Shown: positions 17,772 through 31,924 of the stretch, piece after piece
How the letters are laid out: each line of letters starts with the position of its first letter
Numbering within the stretch: position 1 is the first letter of the stretch
Assembly: GCA_964016885.1 (NCBI GenBank)
Contig: OZ024746.1
Coordinates: 67,270,001-67,334,000, forward strand
Direction: 5' to 3'
From: Eledone cirrhosa
Lineage: Eukaryota
DNA length: 64,000 nt
Notes under the pieces: model-generated
Database searches by the model: none
Told to the model about the DNA's origin: nothing
Seen by the model: only the letters and a program-made list of their open reading frames with translations
Translations under genes and position numbers: made by a program

Positions 17772-17829
<58 letters not shown>

Positions 17830-18243
17830 ATATGTATACATATATATTATAAATACATATCAGTATACTTACATATATATATACATATATGTACATATAT
17901 ATATATATAAGTATATATATGTATGTGTATATACATATATATGTATGTATATATATATATGTATATATGAATGCATATATATGTATAATTATATATACAT
18001 ATATATGTATGTATATATACATGTATGTATATATACATATAGATATACATACAAATATATATACGTGTGTGTGTGAGTGTGCGTGTATGTTCTCCTATTT
18101 GTAGGTGTGCGTATGTAAGGAATATGAATAAATATTTCACAGTGATATGATTCTGATTTCAGTTGAAATTTTATACGATTTATTCCTGTACTTTCCCTTT
18201 CTTCTCTCTCTCTCTCTCTGTTTCTTTCTCTCTCTTTTTATCA

Positions 18244-18636
<393 letters not shown>

Positions 18637-18775
18637 ATATAACATATATCTATAAATATGTGAGTGGTCGGGTGAGTATGTCATAAAATCTGGTGTGCTT
18701 ATCAATGCGTATGTATGTCTATGTATTTAATTCTTCATTTTATACAGACACACACGTATATATTCACACACACAT

Positions 18776-18816
<41 letters not shown>

Positions 18817-18819
<3 letters not shown>

Positions 18820-19213
18820 AAAAGATAACAAGGACGATTGGTTACTCCTTCATTACATTTATTGGTAGATGACGCGCGTTTCGCCACTGATCAGCTCAAG
18901 GTTCGATCTGCATCGATCTTACCCGACTCTAAAATCCGCTGCTCGACGGACCCTTAAAATGCTAGTAGAAAATGGGTCCGTCAAGCTGCGGATTATAGAG
19001 TCGCGTAAGATCGATAAAGTTCGAACCTTGAGCTGATCAGTGGCGAAACGCACGTCACCTACCAATAAATGTAATGAAGGAGTAACCAATCGTCCTTATT
19101 ATTTTTTTCAATATAATACACTCTGTATAGCGCTACACCTCGACACAGAAGTGAACCTAATCATCGAGTGGTCACCCGGGTGAACCTACAGTAACTCCAA
19201 GTTACACTCCCTA
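18817..19213 (+). mobile_element. PLE-like fold-back element (family C)
   Basis: ~135-bp inverted arms, each carrying a hammerhead 3' half (GAAA-C-GCGC-G-TC / GAAA-C-GCAC-G-TC) followed by AATAAA; unpaired tail 19112-19213; (TA)n flanks. Confidence 0.75.
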
Positions 19214-19230
19214 TATTTATATATATATTT

Positions 19231-19289
<59 letters not shown>

Positions 19290-19290
<1 letters not shown>

Positions 19291-19628
19291 GGAAAAAAGA
19301 TGAAATCGAAAATGCAACTGGAGTCTTTTATTTTTAAATATATTTATTTGGTTCCTTTACCGGTTTCGCAGTTCTTGTGCTTTTCAAAAGTAGAATTGAG
19401 ATGGAGGGTTTGTGGTTTTTCTCGAGATGTGAGAAAAACTACAAACCCTCCATCTCAATTCTACTTTTGAAAAATACAAAAACTGCGAAACCGGTAAAGG
19501 AACCAAATAAATTTTTTTTTTTTTTAGGACTCCAGTTACATTTTCAACTTCATCTTTTTTTCCTTATACTTTCACTCGTGTAGGACACCTCGCTTTTTTC
19601 CATTTTGTAAAAAAACCTCACTTGCTAT
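19290..19628 (+). mobile_element. PLE-like fold-back element (family E), copy 1
   Basis: ~135-bp inverted arms with hammerhead 3' half GAAA-CCGG-TA; tail shared with 30682-30924. Confidence 0.75.
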
Positions 19629-19847
19629 TATATATATATAACCATAATTTTCAGTAGTACCACCCTACATATATTGCTCAATTTTTGAGGTCAAATACCA
19701 ACCCTACTAGCATCTACAAACTGACCAATGAGAATTAAGATTATTCCTGCTGACAACATTAAACTATCCCTAACAAGCTCATATGTCCCAAGGCTCTGAT
19801 ACCATCAATACCATAAACACAGAGCTGGCATATCTAAAATGTGACTA

Positions 19848-19903
19848 ACTGCCTGATGAAGTCATAGCCATTCAATGGCTATCATCGAAATATATATAGC
19901 AGT
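19848..19903 (+). ncRNA. Type I hammerhead ribozyme (family I)
   Basis: ACTGC-CTGATGA-agtc ATAGCCAT tca ATGGCTAT catc-GAAA-T-ATAT-A-TA-GCAGT, then AATAAA. Confidence 0.85.
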
Positions 19904-19948
19904 AAATAAAGGATTATGAGTTCATGCAATTGACTTATGTTTCGTCAC

Positions 19949-19949
<1 letters not shown>

Positions 19950-19981
<32 letters not shown>

Positions 19982-20108
19982 GTATGTATATATATATATA
20001 TATGTATATATATGTATATATATATGAATATATATATGTATATATATATATATGTATATATAGATATATATATAGATATATATATAGATACATATATATA
20101 TAGATACA

Positions 20109-20142
<34 letters not shown>

Positions 20143-20183
20143 GATATATATATAGATATATATATAGATACATATATATATAG

Positions 20184-20250
<67 letters not shown>

Positions 20251-20275
20251 AATATATATATAGATATATATATAG

Positions 20276-20340
<65 letters not shown>

Positions 20341-20365
20341 AATATATATATAGATATATATATAG

Positions 20366-20422
<57 letters not shown>

Positions 20423-20457
20423 TATATACATATATACATATATATATATACATATAC

Positions 20458-20531
<74 letters not shown>

Positions 20532-20538
20532 ATATATA
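19950..20538. repeat. Long compound (TA)n/(TAGA) microsatellite with higher-order duplication
   Basis: Directly visible. Confidence 0.95.
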
Positions 20539-20865
20539 CAGAGCATTTTCCGACCCTACCACGCCGTATCCAGACTTTTTCGCTAAGCTCAAGTTCTTTC
20601 ACCCGCACCATGCGAAAACACATAGACTTCTCCACCAAGAACATCCCACTTCCACCGAGAAAACTTTACCTTCGGATGCTCACGCAAAAAATCGACCTCT
20701 TTGCGAAAAGACTTAGATGGAAAACTTTTTTCTACGAAGAGTTCGAAACGGCTTGAGCTCAGCCGTCGGGGTCCTACTCGTTCCTATTACCCATTCTACT
20801 ACCCTAAGTATTGAGTACTTTGGTGCGTTATGGTCCATCTGGTTCCTTACGACATTTCCTTCGTT
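20539..20865 (+). mobile_element. PLE family A: ORF start joined directly to the 3' terminus (internally deleted or rearranged copy)
   Basis: Neptune-like N-terminal peptide at 20610-20756 runs straight into gaaacggcttgagctcagccgtcgggg and the family A tail. Confidence 0.75.
20610..20756 (+). pseudogene. N-terminal fragment of a Neptune-type PLE polyprotein
   Basis: [44 protein letters not shown] matches the recalled 'S.KNIP.P...Y...L..K...F..R.RWK..F' N-terminal motif of Neptune-like PLEs. Confidence 0.7.
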
Positions 20866-20875
20866 ATATATATAC

Positions 20876-20952
<77 letters not shown>

Positions 20953-21373
20953 TGTGTGTGTGCGTGTGTGTGTGTGTGTGTCTGTGTGTGTGTGTGTGTT
21001 TGTCAGTGGCGGTTGGATGCATTTCTGAACGGCGGGTGGGTGGTGGCATATTTGGACAATTTAATTGTAGAAATTAGTTTAGCTCTTTGCACTCTAAGAT
21101 AGTAAGAAAACCACTATATGCGGTAAACATAACATCTACATATATTGTAGCACATATACCAAGCAGAAATGTGTTTTGGTAGTTTGGAGTGAAAATATAG
21201 TTATGGGGGGGGGGGGGCTCTCCAAGATCCAGCGCCTCAGTATAAATATAATTTTTAAAAGATTATGATCTGTACCCTTTCTTAAGGAGTTAATATACCG
21301 AGCTTCATTGGCATTTGGTAAGGAGCTGGTATTATACCGAATTTATTCATCTCCTATATATATTTATTCATCT

Positions 21374-21425
<52 letters not shown>

Positions 21426-21464
21426 AAGGAGAAATTAAAAGATGGTTAAAAAAGTTCCATGTAT

Positions 21465-21529
21465 TTTATTATGCACATTTCAAAAACAAATATCATCCTG
21501 GGACGATATTTGCGTTCTCATCAGATAAA
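21465..21529 (-). ncRNA. Type I hammerhead ribozyme (family D, left arm)
   Basis: Reverse complement of 21666-21730. Confidence 0.8.
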
Positions 21530-21665
21530 GTAGGGAGACATGATGTGAAGCTTAAAGACAACCCTTGTGAGCAAGGTAGTGTCTAAACAACATATATATA
21601 TATGTTGTTTAGACACTGCCTTGCTCACAAGGGTTGTTTTTAAGCTTCACATCATGTCTCCCTAC

Positions 21666-21730
21666 TTTATCTGATGAGAACGCAAATATCGTCCCAGGAT
21701 GATATTTGTTTTTGAAATGTGCATAATAAA
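21666..21730 (+). ncRNA. Type I hammerhead ribozyme (family D, right arm)
   Basis: TTTAT-CTGATGA-[caaatatcgtc/gatgatatttg hairpin]-GAAA-T-GTGC-A-TA-ATAAA. Confidence 0.8.
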
Positions 21731-22369
21731 ATACATGGAACTTTTTTAACCATCTTTTAATTTATTCTTATATATACTCCAGTCCAATAAACTGTTGAGT
21801 GCTACTTATCCTATATTTGCATTGCTTTATTGTGCTACAATAAAACTCACCTCCTACATATATATATATATATATACACATTCCTATGATGGATATTTGG
21901 TGAGCTTTGTTACTCTAGAGTTTCACCTGCACACTCACAGGATCCCCAGTCTTGTCTAGTGAGACTCCAGAGTAACAAGGCTTAGCCATAATAAATAAAT
22001 ATTTAAACTCTACTTCGGTATTCAGTTTTCATTCTTACATCCGTCAATAATTCACCTAATCTCATGTTTTGAATATCGTCCCCACTCCCCGTTTATTAAC
22101 TTTTTACCAATTTTTCAAACACACCCTCCAGTTTTTATTCCACACGCTCCCTTTACTCGCTTATTTAATTTTGCTAATCTATCTCCGGCGAAATTTCATT
22201 GTAAGTGATTCATATTGATACAGCAGCTGAAGAATCTAATAATAAATTTATTTCGCATTAAAAAAAATGATATGACAAAAGAAAAACATTACAAGAATCC
22301 AATATTTACAAACGTACACTATACAATTAGTGATTTCCCAAGTCAGCGCTCCTATTATTTGGGACCTAA

Positions 22370-23060
22370 GGGTGCCACCAAACTCTCCTGCTCTCTATGT
22401 CTATCACACAAAACACTTGTTTAATCCCCCCTCTGTATCTACTGAGACCAAAGTCTACACCTCTCTATATCTACCACGACACCGCCTCTCTTATCCCACT
22501 CTCTATATCTAAGACTAATACACTCTCTCGTGCTCTATACATATCTACACTTATCTCTTCCAATCCCCCTGTGTATATCAAGCACCCTACATTCTCATCC
22601 GCTCTATATCTTCTACACGGAACGCTCCCCCAATCCCCCTTTCTATATCAATTAAAACTAAACTCTCCCCTTCTCTATATCTACTACACGGAACTCTCTC
22701 CCAACCCCCTCTCTATGTCTACCATAGAACAGTTTCTCTCATTCCCTCTCACTCTATCCATTACAACCAAATTCTCCCCCTCTCTATATCTATAAATACC
22801 CTCACGCTAATCATTACCGCTAAACTCTTCCACTCTTTTGATCAAACATACAACATACTCTCCCAATCACCCCTCTCTATATCAATTTACACCAAATTAT
22901 CCCCCACTCTATATTTACTACAGGCTGCTCTCTTCCAATCCCCTCTCTAAATCAATTAACACCAAACTCTCTCTTTATATATATGTAATATACAAATATT
23001 CTCCTAATCCTCCTCTCTATATCAATTAACACCAAACTCTCCCCCTCTGTATCTCTGCTA
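22370..23060. repeat. Degenerate pyrimidine-rich minisatellite
   Basis: Recurrent aaactctccccctctctatatc(t/a)a-like units roughly every 30-40 bp. Confidence 0.6.
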
Positions 23061-23261
23061 CATGTACAAAAAATTGTAGCGCATATACGAATAAATGTGT
23101 GTTTTGGTAGTTTTAGAAAAAATATAATTGTTTTTTTTTGGAAGGCATGACCCTCTGTGTGACCACCACCCCACCATTTCTCCGCCCCTGTATATATATA
23201 AATATATATATACATACACATATATATTCATACATACATATTTACTTATACATATATATAT

Positions 23262-23330
23262 AGTAATAATAATAAATGCGAAAACTAAAATCCAAAGAGG
23301 GCTCGATAAGGATAAATATATATCAAATAT
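23262..23330 (-). mobile_element. PLE-like family H tail fragment
   Basis: agtaataataataaa...ctaaaatccaaagagggctcgataagg shared with 29540 and 58742. Confidence 0.65.
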
Positions 23331-23399
23331 ATAAGAACCCTACAGCAAATATTTGTGATTATGCGGGCTTGCCTGTACAAATGTGAAATTGTCTATATA

Positions 23400-23478
23400 T
23401 ACAAGGTGTCGCAAAAAATGTATACATACTTCAACAACATTCTAATAAAAGTGTGTTTACATTTGATGGGCCACCCTG

Positions 23479-23480
<2 letters not shown>
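23400..23480. mobile_element. Tiny Tc1/mariner-type MITE
   Basis: TA-caaggtgtcgcaaaaaatgta ... tacatttgatgggccaccctg-TA: imperfect terminal inverted repeats, TA flanks. Confidence 0.5.
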
Positions 23481-23513
<33 letters not shown>

Positions 23514-23863
23514 AAATTTACCATATATATATATATGGTAAATTTCTTTAAGTCGTTTGGAAGTCTCGACAATGCAAATGGGTAAATCTCCGGGTAGCAA
23601 GATCCGGTGGTGGAGAGAGAGAGAGATGTAAGTGGGTGTAAGTTGAGATGCGTGGCGTGTATAAGACGTGTAGAGGAATGAAGGAAAGAGCGTAAAGGAT
23701 AAAAATAAAAATAACAACACGAGAGAGAGTTACCTTGGGAGAGATTTAATTGTCCCTATATATTTCGGATTCACATCCATCGACTGGGGTTTTTTTCCGG
23801 GGTGGGGGAAAGGTTGTCTGTCGGAAAGGTGCGAAACGTGTCCTCCGCTGTTCGTTGTTTTGA

Positions 23864-23939
<76 letters not shown>

Positions 23940-24385
23940 ATATGTGTTTGTGTGTGCGTGTGCGTATGGTTATGTTTGCTCCTATGTTTGCTTACTCATA
24001 GAATGTGCTAAGGTGGTTTAAATTAAATTTGATTCATACAAAACAGTAGACCTCGCATAAAATAACCGACCTATTTCTGCTAATGTACCGTTGTTAATCA
24101 AATTTGCTCCCACTTTTTTCTCTACTTCGTTGATTTGCATATATATATGGTATTGTTAATGCGTAACTTCTTTATGTTTATGTTCCTCCTACCACTCACA
24201 GATCCTAGTATTTCCCATTCAAACACGCAAACACACATACACACACACCCACACACGCATATATATATATATGTGTGTGTATGTATGTATATGTATATAT
24301 ATATATATATATGTGTATATGTGTGTGTGTATGTATGTATATGTATATATATATATATATATATGTGTATATGTGTGAGTGTATG

Positions 24386-24428
<43 letters not shown>

Positions 24429-25497
24429 TTGATTTATTTCAATAAGCTCTCATTTGACAGTGACTATGTAATACTGATTAGACAATATATGCCCCTAATT
24501 TGAAGACTAAATTGACGCTTCTGTTGTATATATCTCTATAGGGACTTGTTCACTTCACTCTATTAGCCGTAATGCACTAACACCGTTGGATAAATGGTAG
24601 TAATTATTTTATATATTGTTGTACATAAATTAGAGACAAACTGTCAGCCTTTACTTCCAATTGTATCTAATTGGTTAAAACTTAGTTACCAAAATAATGA
24701 GAAATGACAAAAAAAAATTAACTGAATAGAAGAGAAAACGGATAGAAAACTAAAGAAATAACTACTGTTTAATAGCTGTCAGACACTCTACATTTATGTT
24801 GCTAGACAGATATATAGCCTAAATGAACAGGATGATACATTTGTTTATCCCCTCACATCGCACACCAACGGGGAAATTGTATTTTATGTTTCTAATGGGG
24901 ATAATTTTCCTATTATACAAAACTTCTTTAATTAATATTGATGTGATATTTGAACTCTCTTCATATATAATATTTCAAATAATTTATTTGGCATTCAGTC
25001 ACAGTAGGCGAAATTCTTTGTCTACCACATGCTGACTAGCCTGAGAGAGATGGTGTGCGCCGTATTCCATTACCTTTGCAACACTTTTTTGTACAAGATG
25101 CTTAACTCACACCGGTATCTATGGACATGTCTGTCATCAATGACACGTATTGGTACAGCTTTATATATTTACACATAATTACTTTAATTTGTTTGCAGAG
25201 ATAAGATCGATTCTTCTAAAAAACTCGGTCTTAGATTTGCTTCATATGCTTTCTTTTCTATTTACTATCTAAATACTACTAGTGCTTTTATCATATTTCA
25301 AAAGATCATATATCGCCGCAATTAACCATTAGAAAAGGAAATTTCTTTCAATTATGTAGAAAAAAATATAAAGCTACTGTCTATCTCAGGAAGTTAGCAA
25401 ATTACTGCTAATGAGGAAGCCCCTTCGACAGATACTATATATATATATATATGCATACATATATACAGACACACTATACACATAAATATATGTGCGT

Positions 25498-25565
<68 letters not shown>

Positions 25566-27134
25566 CTATTCATTTATTTTTCCCCTATATATAAATAACT
25601 TATAAATTAAACGCAAATGCATAAGTCAGTTTGAAGCAGTCATGTCAATTGTAGTTAATGAAATTGAACCTCTTATTACATAAAATGGGATGCACCATAT
25701 GTTCTTTGTTATTTTATATATACTTTTGATTAATCGGGTAGTTGGGAATACGTAGTTTAAGGGATTGTTTCTCAACGAAAGGATTTTCTATATCATATTG
25801 AAAACTGTTTTCAATATGATAAATTGTGAAATACAGGGTTTATTGCTAACTCGTGCTTAATACATCGCTGCGCTATCTATTGCGAGTTCTAAATATTATA
25901 TCAACATTTGACAGACGAAATCGTAATACACCATATAAACAAATAAATGTAAATGAACTTCCGTTGTTTTTGACGATGTCTCCACTTGTTCCTTTGATTC
26001 AGTTATAAATATCATTACCTTAACATATTACTGTTACAGTCCACTCTGCAACAAGCTTCAGAGAGTGTGCCTCTCCTTTATTTTATTTACAACTTGTATT
26101 TATTGCGAAAAAAACGAACACTTGCCAAAAATGTCTCGCAGAGTGAATCGAACCAGAAATCAGATAATGTTGAAGCGAACTTCCTAGCCGTTCAGCCACA
26201 TAGAGTCCATAAAATAAAAAAACCATAGTTGATAAAGGATATCTGTTTTATAGCCCCTTCAACCTGAAGCATAAATAATATTAATATAGAACAATCAATA
26301 TTTTTTTTTTCTTTAACACAACCCAAACAAACCATTAAATACAGAGAAAACTGAAGAAAACTTTAACCTTTAGCTTTCTCTTTATATTATCCCAATTACT
26401 AGAAGTAGACAAATATTAATAACGAAGTATTAAATAACGCATTAAGGAAATAAATTAAAAATCGAAAATAAAAACCAAGAATTTTAGTTATTTCTATGAA
26501 AGTATAGGGAACAAAATCGATGGCTGATCAATATTTTTCTATTTTATTTATATTTGGTAATTGATTTTAACGTCCAACTGGAATTATGGTAAACCTTCTA
26601 ACTTCAACTCCCAATTGATTTAATACATTGTTATCTCTCCTTTCACGTCAGTATAGTTTTGGTTTTATAATTTTTACGACTTAAGCCGTTTTGTTTTGCT
26701 TTGGTCATGGTGGAAATTATTCTTCTGTTGCAATTCAGTATATGAATAAATGATATAAAGACTCTTACTTTTATGCAATAAGAGTCAAAATATTCATGTT
26801 TGCATATATAAACAGCTCGGACCGATAAACCTATTCATAACGCTAAAACGAAAAGCTAAAATGTTGAGGTGAAATGTGAATATATGGAAAAAGACAAGAG
26901 TGGAAGGGGAAAAGATAATGACGAATAAAGAAGAAAAATGGCGATAACAAGTAAAAATCAACAAGGACAAATAAAATAGAACACAAACTGTAGGCGGAAA
27001 CAGGGCGGAGAAAACGAAACAAATGCTATAGAACTCAATGAGATAGATAACACACACTCGGAATTTATATAAAGAAAATAAATTGAATAACAACAACAAT
27101 AATGCTACTACTACCACTACCGCTGCTGCTGCTG

Positions 27135-27168
<34 letters not shown>

Positions 27169-27371
27169 AAATAATGATAATAACTATAATTATTTATTTT
27201 GTTGGCCTCAAAGCGCAATTGCGTTGAGGGCATTACTGAAGTGGAATACATAGTTCAACAAAGAACATTGGCAAAGGGTGAATCCAGTAATAACAATAGA
27301 AATGCTTCAATAAAGAGTTAAATAGAACTTGTAATGATATCAGTAATTGTTTCTAGCATTGATCCAATGTC

Positions 27372-28550
27372 AAATAATAATAATTTCTATATTATTTCCA
27401 CAAGGGTGATGCACGAGAGGATATTACAAGAACAGACTACAAAATAGTGATGGTGTGCATCAAATAAGGAATATAACAACACAAGCATATACGACATGAA
27501 ACAATAGAATAAAGAGACAGTAAGCTGGTGTGAATTCATTTACTCTTACAGATCTTAATAAATTCGTACTTCTAAACGCAAATACCATCTTCTGCGAAGC
27601 CATATCTGAGAGGAGGGAACTTCATAAAGCTAGGATATTAACCCCCACATATCCATGAATTTATGAGTGCTTAACTAGAATGGGATCACTCTTCCCGCAA
27701 TCATGTCACATTCGTCCAACTGTAAATGTCTTTCATCATTGTCACTAAACAGGGACATGCTAGTTCTTTCTGACCAAAAGGAGTCGGTTAATAGATGATA
27801 TCATCCAATACGTGTGACTTGCTATTCATCATATCCCCACAAATGCTGTAAACTAACAACGTTCTATTTCTTTGCGCTGTGCACCTATTTGCTAGGCCCG
27901 GTTGAAGTCTCTTCTCTATCTTTAGAGATTCATCAACACCACCTAGGCCTCTCTGCAAGAAGACCATTACATGTTAATCTTGTCCATAGTCCTCGATTTG
28001 AATGTTTTCTAGTATAAACTGCTCGTTTGTTTTTCGTTGAGGTCTACATTTTCCTTAAGATGCTCGTTACAATTTAGTCCATTATAAGATACAAACGTTT
28101 TCGTAGCAGCATTGCATACAAGTAGAGAATACAAAAACATAGGGCTAGGTCTTTATCTTCCTGGCGCTCTCCGAAATCGGCTGATTCGATGTCCATGTCT
28201 TTTGGGGGGCTTTCTAACTAACTGGTCAACTTGAAATTTGTGTTTCCAGTGCAACGCCGGAAATTCTTCGCTCAGTCGTATCATTTTACACTTTGTGGGA
28301 ATTTGAAAGTGTTGGTTTAAATATCTCCTCCTCTGATCCAATAACATTTGTGAGTATATTGTTCTGTTTAAAAGAAGGTGAGAGACTGGTCAGGCGAGGG
28401 GATGCAATGTTGGGAGTTCTTCTGGGTGGGTTTGTAGTGTTCTGCTTCTTCTGTTGTTTTGCTTCTGGATGTGGTTGCTGCTGTAACTGTTGATTCCATC
28501 CGTTGTACTGGCTGATGATGATGATGCTGCTCCTGCTGCTGCAATAGGGG
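27372..28550 (-). mobile_element. Old, heavily deleted Tx1-like LINE related to the element at 38281
   Basis: Reverse complement ends cccttgtggaaataatagaaattattattatt, the same terminal motif as 38210 and 43608; ggcctaggtg ('RPR.C') ORF1-like remnant near 27940; the 5' boundary is uncertain. Confidence 0.5.
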
Positions 28551-28554
28551 TTCA

Positions 28555-28798
28555 AAATAGGTGACGATGGCGCATGTGGTTAGAATGTATAAGGAAGGAA
28601 TCGCTGGAAAGATGTTCCGAGCAAAGTCAAGCGGTGGAAGATACAAAGACAGACCACCGACTGGATGGTTGGATAACATATATAAATTCAGTTGTACTTA
28701 CTGGTTAATGTGGAAACAGCTGATCCAAATGATAGAAGAAGAAGAAGAAGAAGAAGAAGAAGAAGAAGAAGAAGAAGAAGAAGAAGAAGAAGAAGAAG

Positions 28799-28800
<2 letters not shown>
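28555..28800 (+). mobile_element. RTE-clade LINE 3' fragment with (GAA)n tail
   Basis: AHVVRMYKEGIAGKMFRAKSSGGRYKDRPPTGWLDNI resembles the RTE C-terminal 'GHVVRM...G.R..GRP...W.D.I' motif. Confidence 0.6.

Positions 28801-28881
<81 letters not shown>
28735..28881. repeat. (GAA)n-(CAA)n compound microsatellite
   Basis: Directly visible. Confidence 0.95.
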
Positions 28882-29420
28882 GTTTGTAAACCAAGAAGTT
28901 TGTAAACCAAGAAGAAAGAAACAGTGAAAACTGAAATATTAATAGAACGTGAAGCATGGGAATGAATCAGAGAGGAATGAAACAAAACATAAATTCTATA
29001 TATCATCTTCTACTGTTTTTTTATAGCAACGAAATATTTCCATTTCTTCAAATTCGGCTTCGATACCCGAATGCCATCTTTCAACAAACCAACGTCACCG
29101 AATCTATCACCCTAAAAAAAGAAAAAACTATGGAAAAATATATTCTAACGCAACATCCACTGGGCACCGAGATAAATCAAAGCAGAAGTGTTGTGTGATA
29201 ATTTGATATCATTGTATGATATATTACAATGGAATAAAGAATGGAATGAATATTTTTGAAGTACTCTGTCTGAAATAGAAGTTACTTTGATATACACTAA
29301 GCTTTCCATTTATAAACCAATTTGTTACATACACTTGACTAAATGCAGTATCTCGCATATAACTAATGCAATAATTTATAATTTTTTGTAAATATCCATA
29401 CATGTCTGTCTGTATATCTA

Positions 29421-29514
<94 letters not shown>

Positions 29515-29539
29515 TGTGTGTATATATATATATATATAT

Positions 29540-29640
29540 AGTAATAATAATAAATTTGAAGACTAAAATCCAAAGAGGGCTCGATAAGGGTGAAAGCAGC
29601 GATTCTTTGCTTAAACTTTAACCTGTTATTTTAATAAATA
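29540..29640. mobile_element. PLE-like family H, minimal copy (tail fused to hammerhead 3' half)
   Basis: Equals the two ends of 58742-59345 joined at taaggg; (TA)n flanks. Confidence 0.7.
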
Positions 29641-29661
29641 TATATATATATACACACACAA

Positions 29662-29699
<38 letters not shown>

Positions 29700-29968
29700 T
29701 CAAAGGTACAGCATATTCGAAGTTCGATCAGCAGCCAACCCAACGAATGCATTCAGCAGTGGAGCCAAGCACTCGACGAGGGATATACCTCAGAGTAATA
29801 ACATACAGTTTAAAAGGCTTTGCAAATTGAAAATAGCGACCGCTAATTCAGCCGCGTGATCTGTAGCAACGAAAGAAGTGACTAGTGAGAAAAGGATATA
29901 CACACACACATACACACACACATATATATATACATATAAAAATATACATACATACATATATGCACATA

Positions 29969-30006
<38 letters not shown>

Positions 30007-30009
<3 letters not shown>

Positions 30010-30500
30010 CGGGTAAAATTCCCGAGATCCATGGACGAGTTGTCTCCACCAACGGTCTCTGTCCCTCATCATCGCTGCCATGTCCTCTGTCTCCAGGAGA
30101 CCGGTGTCTGTACTTAGGGCATCAACATATGTCAACCTCGGTCTACCTCTTCTAGTGTGTCCGTGCAGGGGATCCCACAGGAGTACTGAGTGCAGTGTCG
30201 ACTCTGGATATCGGTGAGCATGTCCAGCTACCCTCAGTCTACTCTGTGCTACTTTCGAGCTGACTATTTATCCAACAGTGAACAGACAGCTTAAACCGAA
30301 TGCTAACGGACCTGCACTCATGATTCCTTCTAAACGAAACTGCGACCCATCCTCCAAATTCGGCAAACCGTACGCCGACTGCTCATATTCCGATACTCAA
30401 CATCATGTCGAGGTTGCTTGCAGAGCATTGATAATTATACTTTTCAACTTATCTCTATCCAGCTTGGCTTTCGTGGATCCAACCTTCCTAAGATTTGTCT
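30007..30500 (-). mobile_element. RTE-like LINE 3' fragment
   Basis: Minus-strand translation LRVAGHAHRYPES...LLWDPLHGHTRRGRPRLTYVDALSTDTGL...MMRDRDRW is a typical RTE-type C-terminus. Confidence 0.75.
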
Positions 30501-30584
30501 TTTAAAGACAAACATCCTATATAAATACGCAAACGCACACACACACATACATATATATATATATACACACACACATACACACAC

Positions 30585-30924
<340 letters not shown>

Positions 30925-31011
30925 TGTGTGTATGATGTGTGTGTGTGCACCTTTCAATGTAAGATGTATGTATATTTGACTGCAAATTCTGGAGCTCATT
31001 CGGTTTAATAA

Positions 31012-31785
31012 TGATTTCTCATATAGGCACAAGGCCATCAATTTTAGGGGAGGGGAACGTCGATCAAATCGGCCCCAGTGCGTGACTGGTACTTTATTTT
31101 ATCGACCCCGTAGGAATAAAAGGCAAAGTTAACCTCGACAGGATTTGAACTCAGACCGCAAAGAGACGTAACTCTATGCTGCAAAGCATAGCGCCCGGCC
31201 CTCTACCGATACTGCCAATCCGCTACCCCATTCGGCTTAATAATTGTTTCTACTTTTGGCACAAGGCCAGCAATTATGCCAGTGTATTACTGGTACTTTA
31301 TTTTATCGACCCCGTAAGGATGAAAGGCAAAGTTAACCTCGGCCGGATTTGAACTAAGAATGCTCAAATCCCGCCGAGGATAACTTTGCCTTTCGACTTA
31401 ATAATACATCTTTAACCTCGACGGGATTTGAACTCAGACCGTAAAGGGACGTAACTCTATGCTAGAAAGCATGGTGGCCGACCTTCTACCGATACTGCCA
31501 ATCCACCGCCCTTTAATAATAATAGTAATAATTGTTTCTGCATTTGGCAAAAGGCCAGCAAATTACCCAGTACATTACTGGTACTTTATTTTATCGACTC
31601 CCGTAAGGATGAAAGGCAAAGTTAACCTTGACGGGATTTGAACTCAAACCGTAAAGGGACTGGTTTCTGTTTTAGGCACATGGCCAACAATTATGGCGGT
31701 GGAGAAAGAGATTAAATTGCTCCAGTGTATGACTGGTGTTTTATTTTATCGACCGAGTAAGGATGAAAGGCAAAGGTGACCTCGG
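31012..31785 (-). mobile_element. Tandem cluster of ~5 full or partial tRNA-derived SINEs (type 1, Meta-domain-like body)
   Basis: Repeated reverse complement of gagttcaaatccc...gcctttcatccttacggggtcgataaaataaagtaccag...ggccttgtgcc; small inverted piece at 31365-31395. Confidence 0.85.
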
Positions 31786-31809
31786 TTTTTCATTCTTACG
31801 GCGTTTTTA

Positions 31810-31878
<69 letters not shown>
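31810..31878. repeat. (AAT)n microsatellite
   Basis: Directly visible. Confidence 0.95.
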
Positions 31879-31880
<2 letters not shown>

Positions 31881-31924
31881 TGAGAAGAAGAAAATAAGTA
31901 AAAGAAGAAAAAGAAAAATTGGTG

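Larger units (their letters stand above)
21423..21858 (+). mobile_element. PLE-like element family D, copy 2: near-perfect ~350-bp palindrome plus tail
   Basis: Arms 21423-21591 / 21604-21770 centred on a short (TA)n; tail 21771-21858. Confidence 0.85.

Noticed and set aside
23750-23790. Hammerhead-like remnants here and at ~9545, ~44620, ~55605, ~57000 and ~61690
   Set aside because: Core too degenerate to call; possibly decayed PLE ribozymes, not listed as features
28561-28905. Poly-E/poly-Q ORF
   Set aside because: An RTE-like fragment reading into (GAA)n(CAA)n; not a host gene
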